Source of the DNA: an uncultured Puniceicoccaceae bacterium | Lineage (GTDB): Bacteria; Verrucomicrobiota; Verrucomicrobiia; Opitutales; Oceanipulchritudinaceae | Length of the DNA: 64,000 nucleotides | Assembly: GCA_963933835.1 (NCBI GenBank) | Contig: CAWVVV010000001.1 | Span: 128,001-192,000, forward strand | Direction of reading: 5' to 3' | In this document: in pieces, positions 49,146 to 59,568 of the stretch | Numbering within the stretch: the first letter of the stretch is position 1 | How the letters are laid out: the number at the start of each line of letters is the position of its first letter | The notes under the pieces: generated by a model | What the model was told of the DNA's origin: nothing | Seen by the model: the letters and a program-made list of their open reading frames with translations, nothing else | Database searches by the model: none | Program-made: the position numbers and the translations under genes

Positions 49146-50389
49146 ACTCCTTCGGGTAAAGCATTCATGCCGAGAACAAGGTCGATGATACCAACAGCGG
49201 CTTCAAGCTCAGCAGGGGAAACATTTAAAGGCGGCATGAGCCGGATCGCATCCGTTCCGCCGCGTACGGTTAATAAGCCACTCTCACGAAAGAGTCCCAT
49301 CCAATGCGACGGATCACCCTTCACGACGAGTGCAACGTGATAGCCCCGACCCCGTAGACCGGAAAGCTTATCAGAATGCCTTGAAACGAGTTCTTCCAAA
49401 GCAGCGTGCCATGGCGCCGACTGAGCCTGCACCTTATTCAGCAAGCCCTCGTCGTCGATAACCTCGAGCGTGGCAAGCGCTGCTGCACAAGCCAACGGCG
49501 TCCCGCCAAAAGTCGTCCCATGGCTTCCGGGCGTAAAGAGCTTCGCAGCAAAGTCGGAAAGCCAGACTGCTCCGATTGGAAAGCCGCCTCCGAGGCCTTT
49601 CGCCATCCCAATCGCATCAGGCTGAATACCTGATGATTCATAGGCGTAGAAATCACCTGTCCGGCCAATGCCACACTGCACTTCATCAATAAGGAGAAGA
49701 ACCTCCCGCTCATCGCAAAGCTTCCGGAGCCCTTGGAGAAATTCGGTTGTAGCGACATTGATACCGCCTTCGCCCTGAATCGTCTCGAGCATGACAGCAG
49801 CGGTCTCTTCATCGATCGCAGCTTCAAAGGAGGCAAGGTCGTTGAACTTCGCATGGACGAACCCAGGAACAAGTGGAGCAAAACCCTTTTGGACTTTCGC
49901 CTGTGGCGTTGCGCTCATGCCACCAAAAGTCCGGCCGTGAAAAGCGTTCTCTGCTGTCACTACTTTGTAGATCTTGCCCTCTTCTCCCCCAGCCTTCTCG
50001 ACGCCATAGAGCCGAGCGAGCTTAAGCATCGTTTCATTTGCTTCAGCTCCGCTGTTGCAGAAAAAGAGCTTACCCGAGCCTCCAGTCTTGGCGCAGAGCG
50101 CTTCAGCAAGAGCAGCCTGTTGAGGGATGTGGTAGAGATTACTCACATGCACGAGTTCCGCTGCTTGTTTTTGAACGGCATGGACCCATTTCGGGTGACC
50201 GTGGCCAAGCGCGTTGACGGCAATACCACTACAGAAATCAAGATAGCGGCGCCCCTCAGCATCCCACAGTTTCGTTCCCTCACCACGCACCAGCGTAAAG
50301 GGAGCATTACCGTAGTTGGAAAGCACATACGACGCATAGGCCGCTTGTGTTTTCTCCGAGGTGATTTTGCTCGCTGTGATTGATTTCAT
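49142..50389 (-). CDS. argD: Acetylornithine aminotransferase
   Basis: NSGAEANE, FHGRT, IQGEGG, DEVQCGIGRTG, AKGLGGG, HGTTFGG; inside the arg operon. Confidence 0.94.
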   Translation of the reverse strand: MKSITASKITSEKTQAAYASYVLSNYGNAPFTLVRGEGTKLWDAEGRRYLDFCSGIAVNALGHGHPKWVHAVQKQAAELVHVSNLYHIPQQAALAEALCAKTGGSGKLFFCNSGAEANETMLKLARLYGVEKAGGEEGKIYKVVTAENAFHGRTFGGMSATPQAKVQKGFAPLVPGFVHAKFNDLASFEAAIDEETAAVMLETIQGEGGINVATTEFLQGLRKLCDEREVLLLIDEVQCGIGRTGDFYAYESSGIQPDAIGMAKGLGGGFPIGAVWLSDFAAKLFTPGSHGTTFGGTPLACAAALATLEVIDDEGLLNKVQAQSAPWHAALEELVSRHSDKLSGLRGRGYHVALVVKGDPSHWMGLFRESGLLTVRGGTDAIRLMPPLNVSPAELEAAVGIIDLVLGMNALPEGV

Positions 50390-50397
50390 TTTAACTC

Positions 50398-51300
50398 CTA
50401 TGCTTCGGAACTAGGATCATCCTGCACGATCTCTGTTCCAATGCCCTTATCAGTAAAGATTTCTAGAAGTAGGCTATGGGGCAATTTCCCATCAATAAAG
50501 TGTGTCCGGTGGACCCCGCCAAGGATCGCCCGCTGGGCGCTATCAACTTTCGGCATCATGCCGCTACCGATCACCCCAGAGTCTTTGAGTGACTGCACTT
50601 CACCCATCCGCAAGGTCGAGATAAGGGTGGCCGGATCGCTTGGGTCTTTCATCAGGCCTGGCACATCGCAGAGGTAAACAAGCCGCCGAGCGCTCAAAGC
50701 GATCGCGAGATGGGACGCCGCAACATCAGCATTTATATTATAAAAATGACCAGTGTCATCGATTCCCACCGGAGAGACGACAGGAAGTTTTCCAGCCTTC
50801 AAGAGCGTCTCAACTTCAGTCGTTGTAACAGAATTAATTTTACCAACGAAACCGAGATCGACGGGGTTACCCGCGCTATCGTGACACAGCTTTTCACAGG
50901 AGAAAACGCTCTGTCCAAAAACGCCAACACCTGCAGCTCCGATCGTTTCAAGTTTATCGACGATGCCTTGGTTAATCACTCCGTTGAGCGTTTTCTCAAC
51001 AAGACCGACCGTAGCCGCATCCGTCACCCGCATCCCATTACTGAAAACAGGTTCGATCGCAGCCTCCTCCATTGCCCGAGAGATGGCTTTGCCGCCGCCG
51101 TGAACGAGCACGACATGGATGCCCACGGTTGAAAGGAAAGCAACATCGATCGCGACCCGCTCAGTAGCGCCTGGCTCTTCAAGAAACGAACCACCGATTT
51201 TAACCACAAAGACAGAGCCCCCAAAGCGTTGAAAATACGGCAATGCTTCGAGCAACACCTCAGTCTTCGACTGTAAATCTATGTCATCGAGCCTACTCAT
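50398..51300 (-). CDS. argB: Acetylglutamate kinase
   Basis: VVKIGG, VHGGG, GMRVTD, NINAD, GMMPK. Confidence 0.95.
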   Translation of the reverse strand: MSRLDDIDLQSKTEVLLEALPYFQRFGGSVFVVKIGGSFLEEPGATERVAIDVAFLSTVGIHVVLVHGGGKAISRAMEEAAIEPVFSNGMRVTDAATVGLVEKTLNGVINQGIVDKLETIGAAGVGVFGQSVFSCEKLCHDSAGNPVDLGFVGKINSVTTTEVETLLKAGKLPVVSPVGIDDTGHFYNINADVAASHLAIALSARRLVYLCDVPGLMKDPSDPATLISTLRMGEVQSLKDSGVIGSGMMPKVDSAQRAILGGVHRTHFIDGKLPHSLLLEIFTDKGIGTEIVQDDPSSEA

Positions 51301-52547
51301 TATTCAGACCGGTTAAAGTTAACGTAGCCGTCTGTCAGGTCACTGGCAAAAAGCCGTGCACTGCCCCGGCCAAGCCCCATGTCCATCTCAATGATAAATT
51401 CTTTTTCCCGAACGACCTTCTTCCACTTCAGCTCATTCTTGCTCACGGGAAGGCCTTTAGCGAAAACTGGAACCGCTTTCTCACTGTCACTCACCCGATA
51501 GGCCAAATTCAGTTTCGCTTCGACAAGGTCGACTCCCGCATAACCAGCCGCATCAAACAGCCGACCCCAATTCGGATCTTGTCCAAACCACGATGTTTTC
51601 ACGAGGAGAGAGTTGCCTATCGTCCGCGCAACCTTGTCCGCATCGGCAGCGCTCCGCGCTCCGCTTATCCTCAACTCGACGACCTTTGTGATTTTTTCAC
51701 CATCGCCCACAATAAGCCGAGCGAGAACTTCGCATACGTAGTTAAATCCTGCTACAAAGTCTGCTTTTTCTTTCGGGCCAATTTTTACACCCGAGGCACC
51801 GTTCGCCAGCGCAATGACCGCGTCATTGGTGCTCGTATCACCATCCACCGTGATCGAGTTAAACGATGGTCCAACGCCTTCTTGAACAAGCCGCTGAAGC
51901 GCCCGTGCCGGCACCTTGGCATCCGTCGTAATAAAAGCGAGCATCGTAGCCATATTTGGCTGAATCATACCCGCTCCCTTAGCGATACCTGAGATCGTGT
52001 AGGAGCCTTGGCTTGTTTTCACCTTAACGGTTACAACTTTCCGTTTCGTATCCGAAGTTAGAATACAATCGGCTGCGCCTAGACCAATGACTTTAGTCGA
52101 TCCCAGATGCTGCATCTCAGGTTTGAGCGCCTTCAGTATCCGTTTAATCGGCAAAGTCCTGCCAATCCGACCCGTCGACGCGACGAAGAAGCTGCCTTCC
52201 GGCGCTTCGGTAAGATACTCAGAAGTCTTCGCCATCGCCAGCGCATCCACCTCACCCTGAGGACCCGTGCATGCGTTCGCGTTTCCACTGTTAAAGACAA
52301 TGCCATGGAAAGCGTTTTGCGACTTCAAGCGCTCTTGGCAGAGCCGAACCGGCGCCGCGACAATCTTGTTTTGGGTAAAGACAGCACCCGCCGAGCAAGG
52401 CAAGGCAGAGTAAACCATCCCAAGATCAAGGCAATCAGAGCCAACACCTCGGATGTCACTAGCGATTGAACTGCACAAAAAGCCCTTCGCGTCCGTGAGG
52501 CCACCGGGCTGCATATGAACAGTAAAAGGTGTTTTTGCCTTAGCCAC
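51300..52547 (-). CDS. argJ: Glutamate N-acetyltransferase (ornithine acetyltransferase)
   Basis: NSGNANACTG, AKGAGMIQPNMATML, DGDTSTND, DGE, DPNWGR. Confidence 0.96.
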   Translation of the reverse strand: MAKAKTPFTVHMQPGGLTDAKGFLCSSIASDIRGVGSDCLDLGMVYSALPCSAGAVFTQNKIVAAPVRLCQERLKSQNAFHGIVFNSGNANACTGPQGEVDALAMAKTSEYLTEAPEGSFFVASTGRIGRTLPIKRILKALKPEMQHLGSTKVIGLGAADCILTSDTKRKVVTVKVKTSQGSYTISGIAKGAGMIQPNMATMLAFITTDAKVPARALQRLVQEGVGPSFNSITVDGDTSTNDAVIALANGASGVKIGPKEKADFVAGFNYVCEVLARLIVGDGEKITKVVELRISGARSAADADKVARTIGNSLLVKTSWFGQDPNWGRLFDAAGYAGVDLVEAKLNLAYRVSDSEKAVPVFAKGLPVSKNELKWKKVVREKEFIIEMDMGLGRGSARLFASDLTDGYVNFNRSE

Positions 52548-53578
52548 TACTTGAGCCCTTCGTCTTCAGGCCAGCCGGCCAATAAATTTAAGATCTGAAT
52601 CGCCTGCCCTGAAGCACCTTTGATCAGATTGTCGATCACGCTGGTGATAACAAACCGCTTCGTCCGTGGATCAAAAACTGCACTCATCCGGCAATGATTG
52701 CTTCCAACGACGTGCTTCGTTTCAGGGAACGTTCCTGATGGGAGCACATCAACAAAGGCACTTTCACCGTATACGCTCTGCCAGGCGTCATAGAGAGCAT
52801 CGATGGAACCCTGCGCCTGTCCGACGATCGTTGTCTGAATACCTGCATGGACAGGAATGAGGTGAGGGGTGAATTGAACGAGAACATCGGTTCCGGCAAA
52901 ATCCGCCAACTGCTCTTCGATTTCAGCCGTGTGCCGATGGTTCGGTGCACCGTAGGCGAGCACGCTACCCTGCCGTTCACTGAAGCTGAAAAATTCTGTA
53001 GCCTTCCGCCCTGCGCCCGAGACACCACTCAGACTATTGATGATCAAGCCTTCGGGCGAAATCAATTTGTCCTTAAGAAGTGGATACAAAGGAAGTTGAA
53101 CACTCGTTGGGTAACAGCCTGGGCACGCTAACAGCTGGCTAGCCCGCCAATCGTCACCCCGATCCTCTGCGATCTCAGGCAAGACATACGGAACCCTCGG
53201 GAGCCATTCCTTTGCTGGGTGCTCAGCACCGTAATACGTCGCGTAGAGTTCAGGCGAATCAAGCCGAAAGTCAGCACTGAGATCTATAACTGTCTTACCC
53301 GCTTCCACGAGTGGGAGCGCGTACTCAGCGGCTACACCATGCGGCAAAGCTAGAAAATAGTGCGTGACCTCTTCGTTGGCTGCGAGTTCGTGCACCTCTG
53401 AGCTGACAAACTTCAGTTCCCTCTTGGGTCCAGCAACACCCGGCATGACTTCGTCCAACGTCTTGCCGATTTGCGAACGCGACGCGACCAGCGCAAGCTC
53501 AGCCTGCGGATGCCTCGAGAGCAGTCTAACCAGCCATTCCCCGGAATACCCGGTGGCGCCTATAATACCGACTTTCAT
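52547..53578 (-). CDS. argC: N-acetyl-gamma-glutamyl-phosphate reductase
   Basis: GATGYSG, DLSADFRL, PGCYPT, SGVSGAGR, DNLIKGASGQA. Confidence 0.96.
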   Translation of the reverse strand: MKVGIIGATGYSGEWLVRLLSRHPQAELALVASRSQIGKTLDEVMPGVAGPKRELKFVSSEVHELAANEEVTHYFLALPHGVAAEYALPLVEAGKTVIDLSADFRLDSPELYATYYGAEHPAKEWLPRVPYVLPEIAEDRGDDWRASQLLACPGCYPTSVQLPLYPLLKDKLISPEGLIINSLSGVSGAGRKATEFFSFSERQGSVLAYGAPNHRHTAEIEEQLADFAGTDVLVQFTPHLIPVHAGIQTTIVGQAQGSIDALYDAWQSVYGESAFVDVLPSGTFPETKHVVGSNHCRMSAVFDPRTKRFVITSVIDNLIKGASGQAIQILNLLAGWPEDEGLK

Positions 53579-53654
53579 GAGTAGAATCTGTGCTGAATAG
53601 GAAAAGCATATTGCTCAGAATATCCGAGCAAAACCGAAAATATGAGAGATCTGG

Positions 53655-53712
53655 AAAAAGAAAAACCCTTCCCGCAACATCGAGGGGTCGCCTCGAATCG
53701 CAGGAAGGGTTT
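53655..53712 (-). terminator. Long hairpin with T-tract after rpsI
   Basis: Minus strand: aaacccttcctgcga...tgcgggaagggtttttcttttt. Confidence 0.7.
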
Positions 53713-53739
53713 CTCGAAATGCAATTCGTACTGAGACGA

Positions 53740-54141
53740 TTAACGCTTGGAGAACTGGAAACGCTTACGTGCGCCCGGTTGTCCTGGTTTCTTACGCTCA
53801 CGGCGTCGTGGGTCACGTTTGAGGTGGCCGCCCTTTTTCAGGTCGCCGCGGAGTTCAGCATCAAATTTCTCGAGGGCACGAGCGACACCGAGTCTAACCG
53901 CACCGGCTTGGCCATTGGGACCGCCGCCTTGAACTTTAGCAACAATGTCGAACTGACCGACTTTGTCTGCTGTTACGAGCGGAGAGACGGTGGTACGGAC
54001 GAGGGCCTCTTCATACATGTATACTTCGAGATCTTTACCGTTGATCTCGAACTTGCCGCTGCCGCCGGGAATGAGACGGACGCGGGCCGAAGCGCGCTTG
54101 CGGCGGCCGGTGCCTAAAAAGTGGGTGGTGGTTTCGCTCAT
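53740..54141 (-). CDS. rpsI: 30S ribosomal protein S9
   Basis: GTGRRK, GGGPNGQAGA, ARKRFQFSKR. Confidence 0.98.
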   Translation of the reverse strand: MSETTTHFLGTGRRKRASARVRLIPGGSGKFEINGKDLEVYMYEEALVRTTVSPLVTADKVGQFDIVAKVQGGGPNGQAGAVRLGVARALEKFDAELRGDLKKGGHLKRDPRRRERKKPGQPGARKRFQFSKR

Positions 54142-54151
54142 GGAATAAAAA

Positions 54152-54583
54152 TTACTTGGTTGGGAAGGGGAGCGGCTCTTGAGCGGCGTGTGGATGCTCA
54201 GATCCGGCGTAGGCCTTCAGCTTGCTCAGCTGAATGCGACCGAGGCGATTACGTGGCAACATACCACGAACGGCGTGCTCGATGATGTAGGTCGGCTTGC
54301 TTTCGCGGAAGTCAGCAACAGATTTGTAATACTCGTTACCAACCCAGCCAGTGTAGAACATGTACTTCTTGTTCTGTTCCTTTTTGCCCGTCACTGCGAT
54401 TTTGTCTGCATTGATAACAATGACAAAGTCACCGGTGTCGGTGTGGGGGGTGTAGGTCGGCTTGTGACGACCACGTAGGATGTTAGCGATCTCAACGGAC
54501 AAACGACCGAGGACCTTATCAGTAGCATCAACTACGTACCATTTGGGCTGAATTTCGCCCTTCTTTGCCAGATAGCTCTTCAT
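54152..54583 (-). CDS. rplM: 50S ribosomal protein L13
   Basis: WYVVDA, LGRL, GRHKPTYTPH, AVRGMLP. Confidence 0.98.
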   Translation of the reverse strand: MKSYLAKKGEIQPKWYVVDATDKVLGRLSVEIANILRGRHKPTYTPHTDTGDFVIVINADKIAVTGKKEQNKKYMFYTGWVGNEYYKSVADFRESKPTYIIEHAVRGMLPRNRLGRIQLSKLKAYAGSEHPHAAQEPLPFPTK

Positions 54584-54695
54584 GTGCGGGAAAAGCGGAA
54601 AAAGTGTGTATCGCCTGCGGGCCTGTCAACCCATAGTTCATCCTGAGGACACTTTTTCGAGAGCGGGCGAAACGTAGCACTTAAGCGGATTCCTA

Positions 54696-55931
54696 CTAAG
54701 CGTGGCCCAGAATCTGTGCGATCTGCTCTACGTCTTTGTCGCCCCGGCCACTCAGGTTAACGAGCAAGAGCTGATCACTGCTCATTTTCGGTGCTTCTTT
54801 AAGGATGTAAGCAATGGCGTGCGTGCTTTCTAGGGCGGGCAAAATACCTTCCGTTTCACAAAGCACTTTGAAGGCATCGAGAACCTCTTCATCCGTCGCG
54901 TATGCATACGAAATCCGTCCTTCGTCACGGTAATACGCGTGCTCAGGTCCCACTGCTGCGTAGTCGAGTCCTGCCGAAATGCTGTGAGTGGGTAGAATCT
55001 GACCGTGCTCATCCTGAAGAACGAAGGTGCGGCAGCCTTGGAACACACCGAGGTTTCCGCCCGAGAAGCGCGCGGCATGCTCACCCTCACGAATTCCATG
55101 TCCTCCGGCCTCAACGCCGACAAGATTCACGGTAGGTTCGTCCAAAAAGTCGTAGAAAAAGCCCATCGCATTACTGCCACCACCGACACACGCGACCATT
55201 TCGTCGGGCAAGCGCCCTTCCATCGCGAGGATTTGCTCGCGAGTCTCTTCTCCGATGACCTTGTGAAAATCACGCACAATCATCGGGAACGGATGCGCTC
55301 CGAGAGCTGATCCAAGAATGTAGTGTGTCGTCCGCGAGCTCGCAACCCAGTCGCGCATCGCTTCGTTGACCGCATCCTTGAGTGTCTTTTGGCCCGATTC
55401 TGCTGCGACAACCTCTGCACCACACAGGCGCATGCGGAAAACGTTGAGGGCTTGGCGCTCCATATCGACGCTTCCCATGTAGATGCGGCACTTGAGGCCA
55501 AACTTTGCACATACCGTCGCGGTTGCCACGCCATGCTGACCGGCACCGGTTTCGGCGATGATTCGTTTTTTGCCGAGGCGCTTGGCGAGGAGAACCTGCC
55601 CGATGACATTGTTGATTTTGTGCGCACCCGTATGGAGTAAATCTTCGCGCTTGAGATAAATCTTCGGCCCACCGATACGCTCCGAGAGTTGCTCAGCGTA
55701 GGTCAACATCGTCGGCCGCCCGGCGTAGTTGCGAAGGTAGTAATCTAGTTCGCGCTGAAACTTAGGATCCGCCTTCGCTTCCAGGTAGGCTGCCTCAACA
55801 TCCTGCAAGCAGGTGTAAAGCGTCTCAGGTACGTAACAGCCGCCATAAGGACCAAAGTGCCCCCGCGCATCCGGCCACGACTCCTTGGTTAACTTTGACG
55901 CTTCAGACTCTACGTTCACCTTACTACTCAT
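54696..55931 (-). CDS. trpB: Tryptophan synthase beta chain
   Basis: [47 protein letters not shown]. Confidence 0.97.
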   Translation of the reverse strand: MSSKVNVESEASKLTKESWPDARGHFGPYGGCYVPETLYTCLQDVEAAYLEAKADPKFQRELDYYLRNYAGRPTMLTYAEQLSERIGGPKIYLKREDLLHTGAHKINNVIGQVLLAKRLGKKRIIAETGAGQHGVATATVCAKFGLKCRIYMGSVDMERQALNVFRMRLCGAEVVAAESGQKTLKDAVNEAMRDWVASSRTTHYILGSALGAHPFPMIVRDFHKVIGEETREQILAMEGRLPDEMVACVGGGSNAMGFFYDFLDEPTVNLVGVEAGGHGIREGEHAARFSGGNLGVFQGCRTFVLQDEHGQILPTHSISAGLDYAAVGPEHAYYRDEGRISYAYATDEEVLDAFKVLCETEGILPALESTHAIAYILKEAPKMSSDQLLLVNLSGRGDKDVEQIAQILGHA

Positions 55932-56058
55932 ATCTATATGTATCGATCGGGCGAATCGACTCAACCCGGGGCCATTGAAAATTCATCGGCATCTTTTTCC
56001 TGCTAGATTCCTAAAGCAATCCCCATTTAGAAGGCTCAATACAAGCCTCCCGCCTGCC

Positions 56059-56562
56059 CTACCCATCCATGCGCTCTTCGATGTATTTGATCACGTCTTC
56101 AAATTTCGCGCTATTTGCCTTATTTACCCTGATCAGGCTTTGGTGTGCGTCGAGGGCAATTTTCGCGTGAACCGACTCGGTTTTTGTCTCACCACCGAGC
56201 ATTTCATATTTACAAGGCTCGAGTTCGGTTTCGCCGTTTAGATCGACATTGACGAGATGGTCGAGGCCTAGGCTTTGAACTGAATCGAGATTCTTCTCGT
56301 CGAGGTGGATCAGAGTCAGTTCTCCCTTATCTTTGAAGCCCGAAAGCTCAATGCCGGCACTGGCAAGGATGCCAAGAAAGGTCGAATCCATCCCTTCGCA
56401 GGCCCCTAAATCGACAACGAAGTTTCGCTTCCCTTGCCGAATCATGGAGTCAAAGAAGTCCTTGATCGGCGGCGCATTCTGGAAACACGCCCGCCCGTTC
56501 ACGACGAGTTGAACTGGGTCAGTATCAGCGTTTACTAAAAAAGCTGCTTTTGATTCGGGCAT
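56059..56562 (-). CDS. STAS-domain protein (anti-sigma factor antagonist-like)
   Basis: VVDLGACEGMDSTFLGIL with the conserved phospho-Ser position. Confidence 0.85.
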   Translation of the reverse strand: MPESKAAFLVNADTDPVQLVVNGRACFQNAPPIKDFFDSMIRQGKRNFVVDLGACEGMDSTFLGILASAGIELSGFKDKGELTLIHLDEKNLDSVQSLGLDHLVNVDLNGETELEPCKYEMLGGETKTESVHAKIALDAHQSLIRVNKANSAKFEDVIKYIEERMDG

Positions 56563-56684
56563 CTGTGTTCAAGGGTAATGATTATACACTACGTATTTTG
56601 AATGGTCAGTCAAACCGAACTACCACTCGAATCACAAAAATTTAGAGCGCTTCAGCATAGGAAGTCTCCGATCAGCTCCTGAAC

Positions 56685-59459
56685 TTAAAGACTGGAAATC
56701 AAGTCCGTCCGAGGCGGAGCGAATTTAGTCAAGTTGATGCCATCCACCGCAGCTCTATATTCATCCATATCAGGAATTCTACCAAGGATCGCAGATAGAA
56801 CGACAACGGGAGTGGACGCGAGGAGCGACTCCCCTTTTTTACGATCGGAATCCTCAACGACTCTTCCTTGAAACAACCGTGTCGAGGTTGCCATCACGGT
56901 ATCACCTCTAGCTGCTTTCTCCTGATTGCCCATGCAAAGGTTACAACCCGGACGTTCGAGATACATCATGTTTTCGTATTCGGTGCGTGCTGCGTTCTTA
57001 GGTGCATCATCGTCGAAGACGAAACCAGAATACTTCTGCAACATCTCCCAATCACCTTCAGCCTTGAGTTCATCTATGATGTTATAAGTAGGCGCTGCCA
57101 CGACGAGCGGAGCCTTGAACTCCACTTTACCTTGTTGTGCTTCAAGGTTCTTGAGCATTTGAGAAACAATTTTCAGGTCTCCCTTGTGAACCATGCAGGA
57201 ACCGACAAATCCAAGATCTACATGCCTCTCGCCTTCATAGTAAGAGAGTTCGCGAATCGTATCGTGTGTATAGCGCTTAGAGACTTCTTCGTTATTCACA
57301 TCCGGATCCGCGATCATCGGCTGAACCACTTGATCCAAATCGACGACAAACTCCGCGGAATACTTTGCATTCGCATCCGGCATGAGCGCTGGCTTCGCGC
57401 CTGAACGAATATCAGTGATACGCTGATCCGCTATATCGACCAAGCCTTGTAAGACCTGCCCATCGTTATCCATGCCCTTCTCGATCATGATCTGGATACG
57501 CCCTTTCGCGATCTCCAGAGATTCAATCAAGGTCTCGTCCTGAGTAATACAAATGGAGGCCTTCGCCTTCATTTCGGCAGTCCAATCCGTGAAGGTGAAC
57601 GCTTGGTCGGCTGGCAGTGTTCCAATGTGAACCTCAATGATCCGGCCTTGGAAAACATTGTCCCCAAATTTCTTCAGCATTTGCGACTGCGTGGCATGCA
57701 CCACGTCTCGAAAATCCATGTGGTCTTTTAGGTCACCCTTGAAGGTGACTTTGACCGATTCAGGAATAGGCATGGTGGTTTCACCCGTCGCGAGGGCGAG
57801 GGCTACGGTGCCAGAGTCCGCTCCGAAAGCGACGCCCTTAGACATGCGGGTGTGCGAATCACCACCAATAATGATCGCCCATTCATCAACAGTCAGATCA
57901 TTCAGCACCTTATGGATCACATCCGTCATGGCGTGGTATTCGCCTTTTGGATCACGCGCGGTGATGAGACCGAACTTGTGCATGAACTGCATGAGGCGAG
58001 GAATGTTTTCCTGCGCCTTTTTATCCCAGACAGAAGCCGTATGACATCCAGATTGGTAACCGGCATCCACCGTCGGTGAGATTACAGTCGCGGCCATCGC
58101 CTCTAGCTCCTGAGAAGTCATGAGCCCAGTCGTGTCCTGAGAGCCGACAATATCTGCCCTTACGCGCACATCAGACCCGGCGTGTAAAACGACTCCCTCA
58201 GTCACACCAACTGCGTTCTTATTGAAGATCTTCTCGACAGCGGTGAGACCTTGCCCAGCATGCGAAATTTCTTTGGAAGGTGCAAAGACAGGCGCTACGT
58301 CGACGCCGAGAGTTTGGGCGGCGAAGCTCTGTAGTTTTTTACCAAATACAACTACATAGGAGCCACGGGCCTTGATGAATTCAACTTTTTGAGGCGTTAA
58401 GGCCGAAGAAATGTCCACCAGCTCTTGGTCGCCGTTATACAATTTCTTCTTCTTCGTATTGATCGTCAGCACGGTGCCGGTCGCGACCGAGTAGGCCTCT
58501 TCAAGTATTGGATCACCGTTCGCGTCCTTGACCGGGTTGCCTTCAGCATCGAGCTTCTTCACCCAGTTTTTGAGGTCGATGCCGATACCGCCAGTCACAC
58601 TGACCGTCGTTAAAAAGATCGGAGAAATGCCATTGGTCCCAGCAATAATCGGAGCAATATTGACGAATGGAACGTATGGGCTCGCTTGCTTACCCGTCCA
58701 GAGAGCCACGTTATTGACCCCTGACATACGAGAGGAGCCCACGCCCATGGTTCCCTTTTCGGCGATCAACATCACACTCTTGCCGGGATGCGCCTTTTGC
58801 AGTCCTTGGATTTCAGCTTGGGCCGCCTCAGAGATCATGCACTTACCATGCAGTTCACGATCGGATCGAGAGTGTGCTTGATTACCGGGCGACAATAAGT
58901 CGGTCGAGATATCGCCCTCGCCAGCGATGTAGGTAACCACATCGATTTCTTCCACAACCTCTGGAAGCTTGGTAAAGAACTCGGCCTTGGCATAGCTCTC
59001 GAGAACAGCTTTAGCGATGGCATCCCCCGCCTTGTAGGCAGCCTCGAGGCGACCTGTATCTGCCTCATATAGAAAAACTTGGGTCTTCAGGACCTCAGCG
59101 GCATCGCGTGCGATGGCTGCATCATCCCCAAAAGCTAAATCAAGGAGGACCTCAACGGAAGGGCCGCCCTTCATGTGGGACAACAACTCATAGGCAAAGA
59201 CAGGCGTAATTTCTTCGACGACCGACTGACCAAGAATGATCTCCTTTAAAAACGCTGCCTTCACATCCGCGGCACTCGTTGTTCCTGGTATAGTGTTATA
59301 GATGAAAAACTTCAGAGAATCGTCTCTGTGTTCATTGTTAAGATCTTTAACCTGAGTAACGATCTCACTTAACAGTTCACCGCCATCAATAGGCTTAGGA
59401 TTTAACCCTTGGTTTTTTCGATCCTCAATTTCTTTGATGTAGTCTAAATACAGGCTCAT
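56685..59459 (-). CDS. acnB: Aconitate hydratase B / 2-methylisocitrate dehydratase
   Basis: STDLLSP, GVGSSR, GSQDTTG, GGDSHTR, FVGSCM, PGCNLCMGNQ. Confidence 0.94.
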   Translation of the reverse strand: MSLYLDYIKEIEDRKNQGLNPKPIDGGELLSEIVTQVKDLNNEHRDDSLKFFIYNTIPGTTSAADVKAAFLKEIILGQSVVEEITPVFAYELLSHMKGGPSVEVLLDLAFGDDAAIARDAAEVLKTQVFLYEADTGRLEAAYKAGDAIAKAVLESYAKAEFFTKLPEVVEEIDVVTYIAGEGDISTDLLSPGNQAHSRSDRELHGKCMISEAAQAEIQGLQKAHPGKSVMLIAEKGTMGVGSSRMSGVNNVALWTGKQASPYVPFVNIAPIIAGTNGISPIFLTTVSVTGGIGIDLKNWVKKLDAEGNPVKDANGDPILEEAYSVATGTVLTINTKKKKLYNGDQELVDISSALTPQKVEFIKARGSYVVVFGKKLQSFAAQTLGVDVAPVFAPSKEISHAGQGLTAVEKIFNKNAVGVTEGVVLHAGSDVRVRADIVGSQDTTGLMTSQELEAMAATVISPTVDAGYQSGCHTASVWDKKAQENIPRLMQFMHKFGLITARDPKGEYHAMTDVIHKVLNDLTVDEWAIIIGGDSHTRMSKGVAFGADSGTVALALATGETTMPIPESVKVTFKGDLKDHMDFRDVVHATQSQMLKKFGDNVFQGRIIEVHIGTLPADQAFTFTDWTAEMKAKASICITQDETLIESLEIAKGRIQIMIEKGMDNDGQVLQGLVDIADQRITDIRSGAKPALMPDANAKYSAEFVVDLDQVVQPMIADPDVNNEEVSKRYTHDTIRELSYYEGERHVDLGFVGSCMVHKGDLKIVSQMLKNLEAQQGKVEFKAPLVVAAPTYNIIDELKAEGDWEMLQKYSGFVFDDDAPKNAARTEYENMMYLERPGCNLCMGNQEKAARGDTVMATSTRLFQGRVVEDSDRKKGESLLASTPVVVLSAILGRIPDMDEYRAAVDGINLTKFAPPRTDLISSL

Positions 59460-59568
59460 TTTTCAGCTTTTGTTGTCTAAAATAAGCGAATGCTCTGCCT
59501 AAGTTGCAACCTCATATGCAACTGAGATGGGCGAAAAACCTCGGTTTTTTTCACCTAAGAATTCGAAG

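Noticed and set aside
53594..53608. ARG box upstream of argC (tgaataggaaaagca)
   Set aside because: Spacing and right half deviate from the consensus, it is a single copy, and no argR is in the window.
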